NCBI RefSeq assembly: GCF_006345805.1
Contig: NC_043001.1
Span: forward strand, 127,472,001 to 127,536,000
Length of the DNA: 64,000 nucleotides
Reading direction: 5' to 3'
From: Octopus sinensis
Taxonomy: Eukaryota
In this document: positions 12,981-26,136 of the stretch, in pieces
Numbering within the stretch: position 1 is the first letter of the stretch
How the letters are laid out: each line of letters starts with the position of its first letter
Position numbers and translations under genes: made by a program
The notes under the pieces: generated by a model
Told to the model about the DNA's origin: nothing
Databases searched by the model: none
Seen by the model: only the letters and a program-made list of their open reading frames with translations

Positions 12981-13480
12981 AGTATCTCAACAGGCATGAT
13001 AGAGCTGCACATTATATTCACTGGATAATTTGCAAAAGCCTGGACTTGCCCATGATAAAAACTAGTGGGAAAACAAACCACCTCCAGTGCTTGAAAATGA
13101 TCACATCTCACTCCTGTCAAGACCTACCAAAAATTGAGCAAATATAAAGATCTTGAAATTGAAATTAGCAAAATGTGGAACCTGAAGACTAAAACAATAC
13201 CTGTTGCCATAGGTGCCCTGGGAATGATAGCAAAAGGGGCTGATTGCTACCTAGCTCAGATACTAGGAAACCCAAAAATGGCAGAAATTCAAAAGATAGT
13301 GCTCATGGGAACTGCTCATATCCTACGCAAAATACTTTCTATGTAATCTCAAGTTTTAAAACAAACATAATTTTCGTATGGTTTCTTAAACATTCTCTAG
13401 AACAACACTATGTACAAAACCAAATATATGGCACCCTAGGCTTGACACCAACAGGAACTTCCAGCTTGAGGTCTCATAAA
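12981..13480 (+). mobile_element. R4/Dong-like subfamily A, internally deleted 3' fragment
   Basis: Homologous to 11230-11960; ctcactcct is joined directly to gtcaagacct (about 130 bp missing); both sides in (TAA)n. Confidence 0.85.
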
Positions 13481-13518
13481 ATAATAATAATAACAACAAC
13501 AACAACAACAACAGCAAC

Positions 13519-13583
<65 letters not shown>

Positions 13584-13842
13584 TAATAATAATAATAATA
13601 TAGGCATAGGGTTTGAAATTTTAATGGGAGAAGTTTGTCGATTTCATCGACCACAGTGCTCGTCTTGTATTTATTTTATTGCCCCTGAAAGGATGAAAGC
13701 AATGCCACCAAGATCGACATGGCCTTTCATCCTTTTGGGGTCGATAAAATAAGTTCCAGCTGAACAATTACGGTCGATGAAATTGACTTACCACTCCCCT
13801 CAGAATAGCTGGCCTTGTGCCAAAATATGAAATATAATAATA

Positions 13843-14062
13843 ATCCTTTCAACTAAAGCTACAAAGCCTGAAATTTTGTAGGGCGGGGGGGGGGACTAGT
13901 CGATTATATCGACCCTAGTGTTTCACTTGTACTCAATTTATCGATCCCGAAAAGATGAAAAGTAAAGTCGGTCTCGGCAAAATTTGAACTCAGAACGAAG
14001 CGATAGACGAAATACCGCTAAGCATTTCGTCCGGCGTGCTAACGAATCTGCCAGCTCGCCAA
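13843..14062 (-). mobile_element. SINE family 2b (same head and body as family 2, alternative tail ...aggccttgtgcctatagtagaaaggatt)
   Basis: Shared head/body motifs; further copies at 15125-15355, 26430-26632, 33612-34258, 61395-61610. Confidence 0.8.
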
Positions 14063-14070
14063 CTTAATTA

Positions 14071-14110
<40 letters not shown>

Positions 14111-14133
14111 CATCATCATCATCATCATCATCA

Positions 14134-14214
<81 letters not shown>

Positions 14215-14218
<4 letters not shown>

Positions 14219-14985
14219 TAGTTTTATTTTTATATCGTGCTTTCACTTCACTACCGAGCGCAGCTCTGTGTGCCTTAGGTATGTGCTGTAATTTGTTGTG
14301 ATGCTCTGATGGTTATTGTATGGAAAGTGTTCTGCGTAGGATGTGTGCAGTGCCTAGTAGTGCAATTTTCTGTATGTTATATGTGTTTGTAAGTCCTGGT
14401 GTTTTTGTTATGTATTTGTCTGAATATTTTTTATCATGCCTAATGCACCTACTATGATAGGAATTGTTTCTGTTTTTAGATTCCACATTCTGGTTACCTC
14501 CATTTCCAGGGCTTTGTATTTTGAAAGTTTCTCCATTTCTTTTAGAGACACGTTGTCATCTGCCGGTATTGATACATCAATTAGAAAACATTTTTTTCCT
14601 TCATGATCTCTGACAACTATATCTGGTCTGTTGGCCTTAATTTCTCTATCTGTGTGTATCGGCATATCCCAGAGTATGGTTGCTTTCTCGTTTTCTGTGA
14701 CCTTTTCTGCTGTGTGCCTATACCATCTTTTTTCTGTTGTTATTCCATAATGTTGGCATAGCTTCCAATGTATGTAGGTTCCAACTCTGTCATGTCTGTG
14801 AATATATTCCTTCTTAGCCAGGACTGGGCAGCCAGAGATAATATGGTTTATTGTTTCTTGTCCATCTCCACATATTCTGCAGTTACTTGTTATATTTCTT
14901 TTCATTACATGTTTTTGGTAATTTCTGGTGGGGAGGCTTTGGTCTTGTGCTGCAATTAAAAATCCCTCTGTCTCTGCTTTGAGTC
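14215..14985 (-). mobile_element. R4/Dong-like 3' fragment (subfamily B)
   Basis: ORF 14408-14905: CRICGDGQETINHIISGC, RHDRV, ANRPDIVV, IDVSIP, KLSKYK; trinucleotide tracts on both sides. Confidence 0.9.
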
Positions 14986-15011
14986 TATTATCATCATCAT
15001 CATCATCATCA

Positions 15012-15042
<31 letters not shown>

Positions 15043-15089
15043 CATCATCATCATCATCATCATCATTATTATTATTATTATTATTATTA

Positions 15090-15126
<37 letters not shown>

Positions 15127-15352
15127 TCTACTCTAGGTATAAGGCATTGAAAATTTGGGGGGGAAGGGAGCTAGTCGATTACATCGACCCCAGAGCATAA
15201 CTGGTACTTATTTCATCGACCTTATTTAATCGACCCCGAAAGGATGAAAGGCAAAGTCGACCTCGGCGGAATTTGAACTCAGACCGTAGCGGCAGACGAA
15301 ATACTGCCAAGCATTTCGCCCGGCATGCTAGCAATTCTGCCAGCTCGCCGCC

Positions 15353-15354
<2 letters not shown>

Positions 15355-15410
<56 letters not shown>

Positions 15411-15482
15411 TGATGATAATAATGATAATAATAATAATATAATAATAATAATAATAATATAATAATAATGATAATAATAATG

Positions 15483-15530
<48 letters not shown>

Positions 15531-15567
15531 TAATAGTAATAATAATAATGATGAAGATATAATAATG

Positions 15568-15612
<45 letters not shown>

Positions 15613-15694
15613 TAATAATAATAATAATAATAATGATGAAGATAATAATAATGATAATAATATAATAATAATAATAATAATGATAATAATAATG

Positions 15695-15748
<54 letters not shown>

Positions 15749-15781
15749 GTAATAATAATAATGATGAAGATAATAATAATG

Positions 15782-15832
<51 letters not shown>

Positions 15833-15865
15833 GTAATAATAATAATGATGAAGATAATAATAATG

Positions 15866-15930
<65 letters not shown>

Positions 15931-15940
15931 TATAATAATG
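15355..15940. repeat. Long imperfect (AAT)n array with higher-order internal duplication
   Basis: The atgatgaagataat interruption pattern recurs; visible as a duplicated MIII..VIIIMMK block in the ORF track. Confidence 0.9.
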
Positions 15941-16779
15941 GTTTCAAATTTTTGGCACGTAGCCAGCAGTTTTTGTGAGGAAGGGGAAAATGGATTTCAT
16001 CGACCCCAATACTTGACTGGTACTTATTTCATTGACCCCCCCCCCAAAAAAAAAGGATGGAAAACAAAGTCGACCTCTGCGAAATTTGAATGATGATGAT
16101 GATAAACAAAGAAAAACGAAATGCACAAAGAAAAATGAGTGAAAAAGTATAGAAAGAACAATATAACAAAATAAATTCTAAATGAAAGAAATAAAAATTA
16201 AAAAAAAAAAATAGAAGAATGAAGTAAAAGCAAAAAGAAAAATCCAATAATTCCGTGACAATATTGTTACAAGAAAAAAATATGAGAAAAAGTTTAACAA
16301 ACAAATAATAACAGAAGGGCGGGAAGGAGAAAGAAAGAAAGAAAGAAAGAACGAAGTGGCGTCATAGAGAAAGAACGGGAAGGAGACGGGGAAGAGAGTG
16401 AGGAGGGAGAAGTAAGAGGTGTAACATCGGTGACCTGTTATTAAGGTGCCTACGTGGGAGTTAAGCCAGTTGACGTCGGCATGAGATATATCAAATCTAT
16501 TGAACCGCGGATTTGAACCGCTGTGTTTGCTGAATGCGTTTGACGTCACAAATGACGTGGTAGCGATCAATATTATTGACAGGGATTTACTGGCACAATA
16601 AAATCTTATCCAGCACCGATTGATCGTTTGTACAGAGAAAATAGTGTGTGTGTGTGTGTGTGTGTGGTGGTGGGGGGCGAGTAAACACACCCTAAAACCA
16701 CTTATATTTCGCGCTATCACCTTTAGATAAATACATATATATACACAGAATGACAGAGAATAGATAGATAGATAGATAG

Positions 16780-16839
<60 letters not shown>

Positions 16840-17168
16840 CAGACAGATAGATAGATAGATAGATATGTTTCTTTATTAGCCACACAGGACCGCACACAGA
16901 CAGGACAAAATTACAAGGTAGAGCTTTTCTTTTGGGGGTAAAAGAAGGGGGTTTGGTTTTCGATCAAAAGGGATCGTAAATGGAAAGAAAGAGGACAAAA
17001 AAAGGGGGGATAAAATAAAAAAAATTTTTTTAAGTGGGGGAAGGAAAAAAAATTTGATCAATAGGGATCGTTATCACAGAAATGTCAATATGAAGTGTAA
17101 AGGGGAGGACAGGTGAGGTTTACCCGTGGAAAGAAAAGCCTACGGAAAAGACCACGGTAACCTCGGTC

Positions 17169-17273
<105 letters not shown>

Positions 17274-17404
17274 CATACATACATACATACATACATACAT
17301 ACATACATACATACAGTTTTGAAGCTCGATCTCGAAGCGCATATAAATCTATAACTAATAGGAGGTAAAATAGGAAGTTATTTTTAACTTTATATTCTTT
17401 GTGA

Positions 17405-17640
17405 AAGCACATAGCTTAGGGGTTAGGGTATTCGGCTCACGATCATAAGGTTGTAAGTTCAATTCCCGGCGACACATTGTGTCCTTGAGCAAGACACTTT
17501 ATTTAACGATGTTCCAGTCCACTCACCTGGCAAAAATGAGTAGTTCCTGTATTTCAAAAGGGCCAGCCTTTTCTCACCCTGTGTCATGCTGAATCTCCCT
17601 CAGATCTACGTTAAAGGTACACGTGTCCGTGAAGTGCAGG
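17405..17640 (+). mobile_element. tRNA-derived SINE with tgtgtccttgagcaagacac middle and family-3-like tail
   Basis: B-box-like gttcaattccc; tail cctgtatttcaaaagggccagcc...ctacgttaaaggtacacgtgtc matches family 3. Confidence 0.65.
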
Positions 17641-17766
17641 CTGTGCCGTTGACGAAGTGTCAGTTTTATGTACTTACAGATCCAACTCACAAAAAAAAAA
17701 TTATTTCATGTTATCTCGAAAGTTTATGACTTTTAAACATGTCGACATGCATATATATATATATAT

Positions 17767-18153
17767 AGGCGCAGGAGTTGCTGTGTGGTAAGTAGCTTGC
17801 TTACCAACCACATGGTTCTGGGTTCAGTCCCACTGTGTGGCACCTTGGGCAAGTGTCTTCTACTATAGCCCCCGGCCGACCAAAGCCTTGTGAGTGGATT
17901 TGGTAGACGGAAACTGAAAGAAGCCCGTCGTATATATATATATGTATATATATATGTGTGTGTGTCTGTGTTTATCTCTGTGTTTGTCCCACTAGCATTG
18001 CTTGACAACCGATGCTCGTCACTTAGCGGTTCGGCAAAAAAGACCGATAGAATAAGTACTAGGCTTACAAAAAATAAGTCCCGGGGTCGAGTTGCTCGAC
18101 TAAAGGCGGTGCTCCAGCATGGCCGCAGTCAAATGACTGAAACAAGTAAAAGA
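17767..18153 (+). mobile_element. SINE family 1, full length with internal microsatellite
   Basis: tRNA-like head, internal (TA)/(TG) tract, tail ...gactgaaacaagtaaaagag. Confidence 0.9.
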
Positions 18154-18326
18154 GTATATATATATATATATATATATATAAGAGGGAACATACATATGTG
18201 CCCAATATTTTAAGGAAGTTGTTAAACTTTTTTATGTCCTTAACATGTCCTTGTTACCAAAGACTGTATATATGTAATGTAGCAATTTGTAACAACCAAT
18301 AATTAACGCAACCAAACTTCTACATG

Positions 18327-18371
18327 TTACTTTTGACATTCTTTTTCCAAAGAGTGAAACCGGTAAAGTAA
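18327..18371 (+). ncRNA. Decayed hammerhead-like motif H2
   Basis: Helix I ttactt/aagtaa (6 bp), core remnant ttgac (2 nt short), helix II attcttt/aaagagt, GAAA, palindromic accggt, GUA triplet. Confidence 0.5.
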
Positions 18372-18373
18372 AT

Positions 18374-18452
18374 AAACATCTTTTAAAATTGCATTTTCAA
18401 ACCTTCCTTCGTATATAATTCCACTCGTGCGGTACCCTACAACTCCACTTTG

Positions 18453-18492
<40 letters not shown>

Positions 18493-18570
18493 CAAAGTGG
18501 AGTTGTAGGGTACCGCACGAGTGAATTATATACGAAGGAAGGTTTGAAAATGCAATTTTAAAAGATGTTT
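18374..18570. repeat. Near-perfect inverted repeat (about 85-bp arms) centred on (AT)n
   Basis: Left arm aaacatctttt...ctttgttattt equals the reverse complement of the right arm except for a 1-nt indel. Confidence 0.95.
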
Positions 18571-18843
18571 TATGACAGGGATTACTCTTATATTCATATA
18601 TGTAATATATGTAATATTCATATATGTAATACTATTTAATGAACCACAGTTTTTTATATGCAAATTCCAGTGAAGGAGCCTTGGATCTAGGTTAGAAACC
18701 GGCTCTTTCTCTATTGGCAAGAAATCTTGAAATAAAACTGAACAATGACATATATACATACATACATACATACATACATACATACATACATACATACATA
18801 AATATACACATACTTACATGGGATATGTAACACACTGCCTAAG

Positions 18844-19046
18844 TACAGTAATCTCTTGACTATCGCAGGTGTTACATTCCAAAACCTCCCCAAAAAATAA
18901 TTAAAATCTAAAAAAATATAAATACCTGTCGGCCGCAGAAAACCGTGATATACAGAGGAGTCCGCGATATAAATTTACATATGTTAGCCAGAAAAATCCG
19001 TGATGTACTGAGTGCTCGATAGATGAACCGCGATATATGTCAAAAC
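18844..19046 (+). mobile_element. Tigger/pogo-like MITE remnant
   Basis: Starts tacagtaatctcttgactatcgc; repeated ccgcgata/ccgtgat motifs; far terminus missing. Confidence 0.5.
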
Positions 19047-19374
19047 CAAAAGTGAAAAGCTGATTCGAAGACTACAGATACAAACCATCAATGGAACTGT
19101 AAAAATCTCTAAAATTTTCCAGAAGTTCATCATTTAAGCATATATGCATAATCTAGACATACAACTACATGCATAAGAATACACATATAAAGCAAAACAA
19201 ACAAACCTGACGTGCACTGACTCTAAATACTGCACATATACATACATACACGCAAAAATACCCTGTTGATGTTGTTGAAATTCTAATGAAGGTAACTTGG
19301 ATCTAGGTTAGAAACCTGCTCTTTATTGGCAAGAAATTTTGAACTAAACTGAATAATGACATACATACATATAC

Positions 19375-19557
19375 AGGCGCAGGAGTGGCTGTGTGGTAAG
19401 TAGCTTGCTTACCAACCACATGGTTCCGGGTTCAGTCCCACTGCGTGGCACCTAGGGCAAGTGTCTTCTGCTATAGCCTCGGGCCGACCAAAGCCTTGTG
19501 AGTGGATTTGGTAGACGGAAACTGAAAGAAGCCCGTCGTATATATGTATATATGTAT

Positions 19558-19598
<41 letters not shown>

Positions 19599-19833
19599 GT
19601 GTGTGTGTGTGTGTGTGCGTATGTTTGTGTGTCTGTGTTTGTCCCCCTAGCATTGTTTGACAACCGATGCTGGTGTGTTTATGTTCCCGTAACTTAGCGG
19701 TTCGGCAAAAGAGACTGATAGAATAAGTACTGGGCTTACAAAGAATAAGTCCTGGGGTCGAGTTGCTCGATTAAAGGTGGTGCTACAGCATGGCCGCAGT
19801 CAAATGACTGAAACAAGTAAAAGAGTAAAAGAG
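19375..19833 (+). mobile_element. SINE family 1, full length
   Basis: As 17767; internal (TG)n expanded. Confidence 0.9.
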
Positions 19834-20044
19834 AGAGAGTATATCAAGGATTCACCACAATTTCTAGCAGGACAACCAGTGTAAATGATTTATTTATAGT
19901 GCTCAAATGATTGCGCTGTACATTAGCTCATTCCCGCCACACAGTTGTCGAAATGATCACTGAACAACGTGAAATGAAGTGTTTTGCTCAAGAGCACAAC
20001 GCACTGCGATCTTGAGATCGTGAGTGCAACACACTAACTACCAA

Positions 20045-20064
20045 ACCATGCACACATACATACA

Positions 20065-20096
<32 letters not shown>

Positions 20097-20640
20097 CACA
20101 TACATACATACACACACATACATACATACATACATACATACATACATACATACATACATGCATACATACACATACATACGCACATGCATGCATACATACA
20201 TACATACATATATACATACATGCATACATATATACATACATACATATATACATACATGCATGCATGCATGCATACATACATACATACATACATACATACA
20301 TACATACATGCATACATGCATACATGTATACATACATACATACATACATACATTCATACATACATACATACATACATGCATGCTTGCATACATACATGCA
20401 TACATACATACATACATACATGCATACATACATACATACATACATACATACATACATACATGCAAACATACATACATACATACATGCATGATTGCATACA
20501 TACATGCATACATACATACATACATACATGCATACATACATACATGCATGCATGCATACATACATACATACATACATGCATACATACATACATACATACA
20601 TACATACACATGCATACATATGCACATATATACGTACATA
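20045..20640. repeat. (CATA)n/(CATG)n microsatellite, about 600 bp
   Basis: Direct inspection. Confidence 0.97.
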
Positions 20641-20964
20641 ATTACCGAAATAGGAAACAGCTTTACTTCCAAACATTTCTATTAAAAACACAACTATGTT
20701 CAAGATTAATCGTTCTTTATTAATGATTTTTTTTCATATTTTCTTACAAGTCCCTTTCATTTACTTTGTTACAATATCGTTCCTCAATCCACTGGTCTGA
20801 GAATCTCATTTTCAAACTGATGGTCATTGCGTGCTGTTCGCACGTTCTGCGGTAAATCGCAAAAGATGTTGGAAATAATTGTATAACTGATAAAATCGTC
20901 GTCGGATTTCAAATTATATAACAAGTTCTTGTAGGTGTCGTGATATTCTGATACATTTTTTTTT

Positions 20965-21270
20965 TCTTTTTTACAAGTGAGATATTGTGAGTTTAATTTG
21001 GGTTTCTGTTTTGATATTTCTAATGCTTCTATATATATTTTTCTGATATTTTTGTGGAATTCTATATAAAGTCGTAATGCACCGAAAACTCATGTTTTAC
21101 CATCTATCTTTATTCCTTGTGAAGTATTGCAATGAATTACAATCGCTTCTTGTTGCAATAGCATAGTCAACCTACAAAATAGTGTCGTATTTGTATGTTC
21201 GACGTAAAAGTTCTTGTCATGAAGTTCACAACAAAGTAGTTGTATATATTTCACAACAGATATTTGTATA
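20965..21270 (-). mobile_element. Penelope-like element GIY-YIG endonuclease relic
   Basis: One frame: VVKYIQLLCC..FYVEHTNTTLFCRLTMLLQQEAIVIH...*...KIYIEALEISKQKPKLNSQ; fits the PLE pattern Y(I/V)GxT..L..R and EAL.I...KP.LN.Q. Confidence 0.7.
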
Positions 21271-21980
21271 TATTTGCCGCTAAGTTGTGTTTGTAACACA
21301 CTCACAGACACACAGACACACACACACAGAGGCACACAAACACACATACATACACATGCACATTTTTTACTTAAGGGTTTTGGTCGAACACATCAACCCC
21401 AGGACTTGTATTTTAAGCCTGGTACTTATTCCATCGATTCCTTTTGTCGAACCGACATATTACGAGAACGTAAACACACCAATACCGATTGTCAAGTAGT
21501 GGTGGCAGAAAACACAGTCACAAAGACGCGCATACACACACACACACATATATACATGTGTGTGTGTGTTTGTACCCCCGCCACTGTTTGACAACCAATG
21601 CTGGTGTGTTTACGTTCCCGTAACTTAGCGCTTCAGCAAAAGAGACCGATAGAATATGAACCAGGCTTTTAAAAATAAGTAAAAGATAAATACTTAATGA
21701 CAGACAGATCTGAGAGAAAAGAGTACTACAGTTCTCCACACAAAAAGAAAGAGACGAGATCACTCTAACTACGAGAAATTTAGGATCTATCACTCGGTTT
21801 CCATAGCGTATAAGTGACTAAGATCAGAACGCCAGCCCTGGACGGGACGCGATTTTTTTCCCACGATATTACTGGACCCCAGTAATGAACTCATTTCCAT
21901 ACAGCCAATCAGAGCTCACCTTGATCTTGTTGTCTAGTTAACAAAGGTTGGCATTCAAAATGGCAACCTCCGACTGCCAT

Positions 21981-22388
21981 ACTCTTTTACTCTTTTACTT
22001 GTTTCAGTCATTTAACTGCGGCCATGCTGGAGCACCGCCTTTAGTCGAGCAAATCGACCCCAGGACTTATTCTTTGTAAGCCCAGTACTTATTCTATCGG
22101 TCTCTTTTGCCGAACCGCTAAGTGACGGGGACGTAAACACACCAGCATTGGTTGTCAAGCAATGCTAGGGGGACAAACACAGACATGCAAACACACACAT
22201 ACATATATATACACATACATATATACGACAGGCTTCTTTCAGTTTCCGTCTACCAAATCCACTCACAAGGCATTGGTCGGCCCGGGGCTATAGCAGAAGA
22301 CACTTGCCCAAAATGCCACGCAGTGGGACTGAACCCGGAACCATGTGGTTGGTTAGCAAGCTACTTACCACGCAGCCACTCCTGCGCC
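21981..22388 (-). mobile_element. SINE family 1, full length
   Basis: Reverse-complement match to 17767-18153. Confidence 0.9.
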
Positions 22389-22418
22389 ATGCGAATCTTG
22401 TATTGTGTTTTCATTCAG

Positions 22419-23374
22419 ATGCATATATCATCGATAATGAACACATACGCTGACATTGTGCTGATCGTGACGACGACTGCATAGAGTCGAATGATCAGAA
22501 AAATGAAAATGATGGAGCTGACTGCAAGGATATGGAGATTTCAGATAGTGAACACGATGGTGTGATAAATCCATGGCTAGAAAATTTACACTTGCAACGC
22601 TCTCTTCAAAACCAATTTGATACACGGCAAAAATCGTTAGCACGCCGGGCGAAATGCTTAACGGTATTTCGTCTGTCGTTACGTTCTGAGTTCAAATTCC
22701 GCCGAGGTTGACTTTGCCTTTCATCCTTTCGGGGTCGATAAATTAAGTACCAGTTACACACTGGGGTCGATATAATCGACTTAATCCGTTTGTCTGTCCT
22801 TGTTTGTCCTCTCTGTGTTTAGCCCCTTGTGGGTAGTAAAGAAATAGGCAAAATTTTGATACACGCGGTTGCACATCAAAATCAAGTGCCGAGGATGGAA
22901 GTGACCCAATAATCAATGGGATAAACAAAGCTTTTCTTGCTTTACAACAAAGTTATGTTCAAGACAAAGAATTCCTTGGGGGACCAGTGAAAATTTTCAC
23001 CAAGCAACTTCTGGAACTGATATTGCGTTAGCTTCCGCGCTTCACTGCTTTGGTCGGTAATCTGGTGTGGCACATGCTCTTGCCAAGAAAAAACAAATAT
23101 CTCTAGTGAGAATTTTTTTTTTCTCTCAAACGAAAATCTCTAGTCAGTGTGAAAACAATTAGTGTGCAACCAACTGCAGCATCCAGGGTAAAAATGGTTG
23201 GTGGTGTGCAGAAACCGCATTGGTGCTGACAGACCGTTGAAGGATTGTTTGAAAAGTGTGAAAGGAAAGGTGCCGTTCAGCTCTCAGATTATGCCTAGAC
23301 GCAAAGCCCAACATAACTTTCGTGGATGTGTTAAAAACAACCAATCTCTTGGTAAAACACACTCTACCAAGTAA
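22419..23374 (+). pseudogene. Decayed terminal exon resembling the C-terminus of MULE/SWIM-type transposase-derived proteins, split by a SINE
   Basis: Acceptor ttttcattcag at 22408-22418; frame stays open across the excised SINE; later frames give ASALHCFG, ISVQPTAASR, MPRRKAQHNFRGCVKNNQSLGKTHSTK*; family call from recalled resemblance. Confidence 0.55.
22627..22854 (+). mobile_element. SINE family 2 monomer with 11-bp target-site duplication
   Basis: tttgatacacg at 22616-22626 and 22855-22865. Confidence 0.9.
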
Positions 23375-23769
23375 ACTGAAGACTAAGAACGGTGTTGTAA
23401 GTTGACCGATCGCCAAATTATGCATGATTTTAGGAGACAAAGTAATTAGATAGATTGGCATTTATACCTATTATAGGATTTTTTTAGGGCCCCATATGGT
23501 AAAGATGTGAATGGGTAAAATGTGAGTAGAGGATGATGTGCTAGAAACCCTCTCCCCTTACTGTTTTATAAAGTAAGCAACAAAACAAATAACTACGCAG
23601 AGGCAGCCATGGTTAAAACAAGAACAAGAACAACAAGCATTATTAAATGCGAAAAGAAGCATGGTCATTCCTTACCCAAATGACTTTATCTTATCGCCCA
23701 TCACTTGTTATGCGCTCATAAATTAGTTTGATAGCTGAGCTTTGATTGGCTGTATGCAAATGAGTTCAT

Positions 23770-23965
23770 AACTGGGGTCCGGAATTCTTGTGGAAAATAA
23801 CATTTCGCGGACGGGACGCCAGTCCGTCGCTGGGTTACTCACAACAGAACGGACTGGAGCAACGTGAAGTGTTTTACTCAAGAAATACAACTCACTACCC
23901 GGACCGGGAATCGAAAGCACGATCTTAGATCATGAGTATAACATCCAAACCACAAGGCCGGTGCT
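23770..23965 (-). mobile_element. SINE family 4
   Basis: Minus strand: B-box-like tttcgattccc and gcgacggactggcgtcccgtcc. Confidence 0.65.
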
Positions 23966-24173
23966 TTCGTATCTACAGGAAATAGCAACTAAAATATTTT
24001 TCCTTAAATCACACCCTACCTTCTTCAAAAAAAAAGGGGAAGAAATTGGGGGACATTAGATTTCTGTATACAAAATAATGTCTGGGAGGAAAGACGGTGT
24101 GATCACATCTAAAGCTCTTCCAAATCACATGACTACTCGATCGGATATTACCTTGGGCCAAACAACAACAGAA

Positions 24174-24211
<38 letters not shown>

Positions 24212-24689
24212 AGAAACTCTTAATAAAAATGGTAGAATATTAATTGAAACTATCCCAACAGAAAAACAATCCCCCGTCCATAAACAATCAACTTATCGGA
24301 AACGAAAGACGGCTGATGTTGTATAAAATAACATTAGCATAACACGTATGACGCATAAATATACACGAATACATACTCGAAGTTTGAAAAGCAACGTGAA
24401 AAATAATACACAGTAACACGGAGTTTAATATGATTATTCTCTAGTCTCAAGGCCATAAGTTTTTTTTTTGTTTTTTGTTTTTATCTTTCTCTTCTTTTTA
24501 TTACATAGTAAAAGGTAAATAGTTGTTGAACTCTATAACTGTATTCATAAAATGTATAACTTGTTTCCCAGTGTAACTTGTTTAGGAATTCTGTCGTAGT
24601 TCCACCCAAATAAAGTATAGCATAATGGTTTCTTACTGACTGCTCTAAATAAGAGTGTGTGTGTGTGTGTATGTGTGTGTATGTATGTA

Positions 24690-24772
<83 letters not shown>

Positions 24773-24939
24773 GCCTCTGGAATCGGCGAGACATATGCAG
24801 AAAGACAAAGATAAAGGTGTACAAGGCATGTGTGCTCCCTTCTCTTCTCTATGCCTGCGAGACGTGGGTCACAAATCGATACCACTTTAAGCAACTGGAA
24901 CGTTTCCATCAGATGTGTCTCAGGCGAATCTATGGCATT

Positions 24940-24942
<3 letters not shown>
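24773..24942 (+). mobile_element. RTE-clade LINE internal fragment (post-RT region)
   Basis: LWNRRDICRKTKIKVYKACVLPSLLYACETW...QLERFHQMCLRRIYGI. Confidence 0.85.
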
Positions 24943-24994
<52 letters not shown>

Positions 24995-25111
24995 TATATA
25001 TTATATATATATATATACATATGTATATATATATTTGGGAAAAAGTCAAGGTAGAAAATGCTAAAATAATTTTATAAAAAGTCTTTCAGTACCAGTTTCA
25101 GTCAGAGACTT

Positions 25112-25151
<40 letters not shown>

Positions 25152-25484
25152 ACTTTTCCGTCGTTTGACAACGTATGAAGCTTCTGAAATTTTCTGCTGA
25201 ACAACCACACACATAATTTGTTTATAGTTATCAAATGTTCGTGTTCACATGAGCCCGCTCCCTCCATCAAATCGACAAACCTGTACACCATCTCATATGT
25301 GGCGCGATTTGACACATGTCAGATGACGAATTGATCGCAGAGCCACATGAAATGAAGTATTTTGTTTAAGAATGCAACACAACCACCGGTCGGGGAATCG
25401 AAAACCACGATTGCAACACCCTAACCACTAAGCCAAACGCCTTCATACACGCGCGCGTGTGTGTGCATGTGTGTGTGTGTGTGT

Positions 25485-25555
<71 letters not shown>

Positions 25556-25887
25556 GCGCTACTGGTAACATATTGAGTATAATCTACCGTTTCATGGTCG
25601 AGCTGTCGGCGTCTAACTGGCAACCCCAACAATATTGGAGAGGAGAGGTATTTTTTGACACCCTGCGGGACGGAAGACAAATCCCGTCAAAGGGTGGATG
25701 AACTCAGCAGAATCAAAGGCCATATGATATAGTCAAGAGTAGATTTTGATGAACACTCGTAGTGACAATCTATCTAGGAAAAGACAATCTCTGAAATAGA
25801 ACCATCCAGCGAAGACTTGAAACCAACAGATACTATTTTCTACAAAAAACATTATGGCATGGAGATGTTATAGTTTCGTCTACTAAT

Positions 25888-26049
25888 GGCGTAGGAGTGG
25901 CTGTGTGGTAAGTAGCTTGCTAACGAACCACATGGTTCCGGGTTCAGTCCCACTGCGTGGCAACTTGGGTAAGTGTCTTCTACTATAGCCTCGGGCCAAC
26001 CAAAGCCTTGTGTGTGGGTTTGGTAGACGGAATCTGAAAGAAGCCCGTC

Positions 26050-26136
<87 letters not shown>

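Noticed and set aside
18667-18710. Hammerhead-like ccagtga...gaaaccggc and its sibling ctaatga...gaaacctgc at 19283
   Set aside because: Core differs at 1-3 positions, U16.1 is absent and helix I is weak; a two-copy repeat that may be a dead derivative, not counted
24895-24915. Minus-strand ctgatggaaacg
   Set aside because: No helix II; lies in RTE coding sequence
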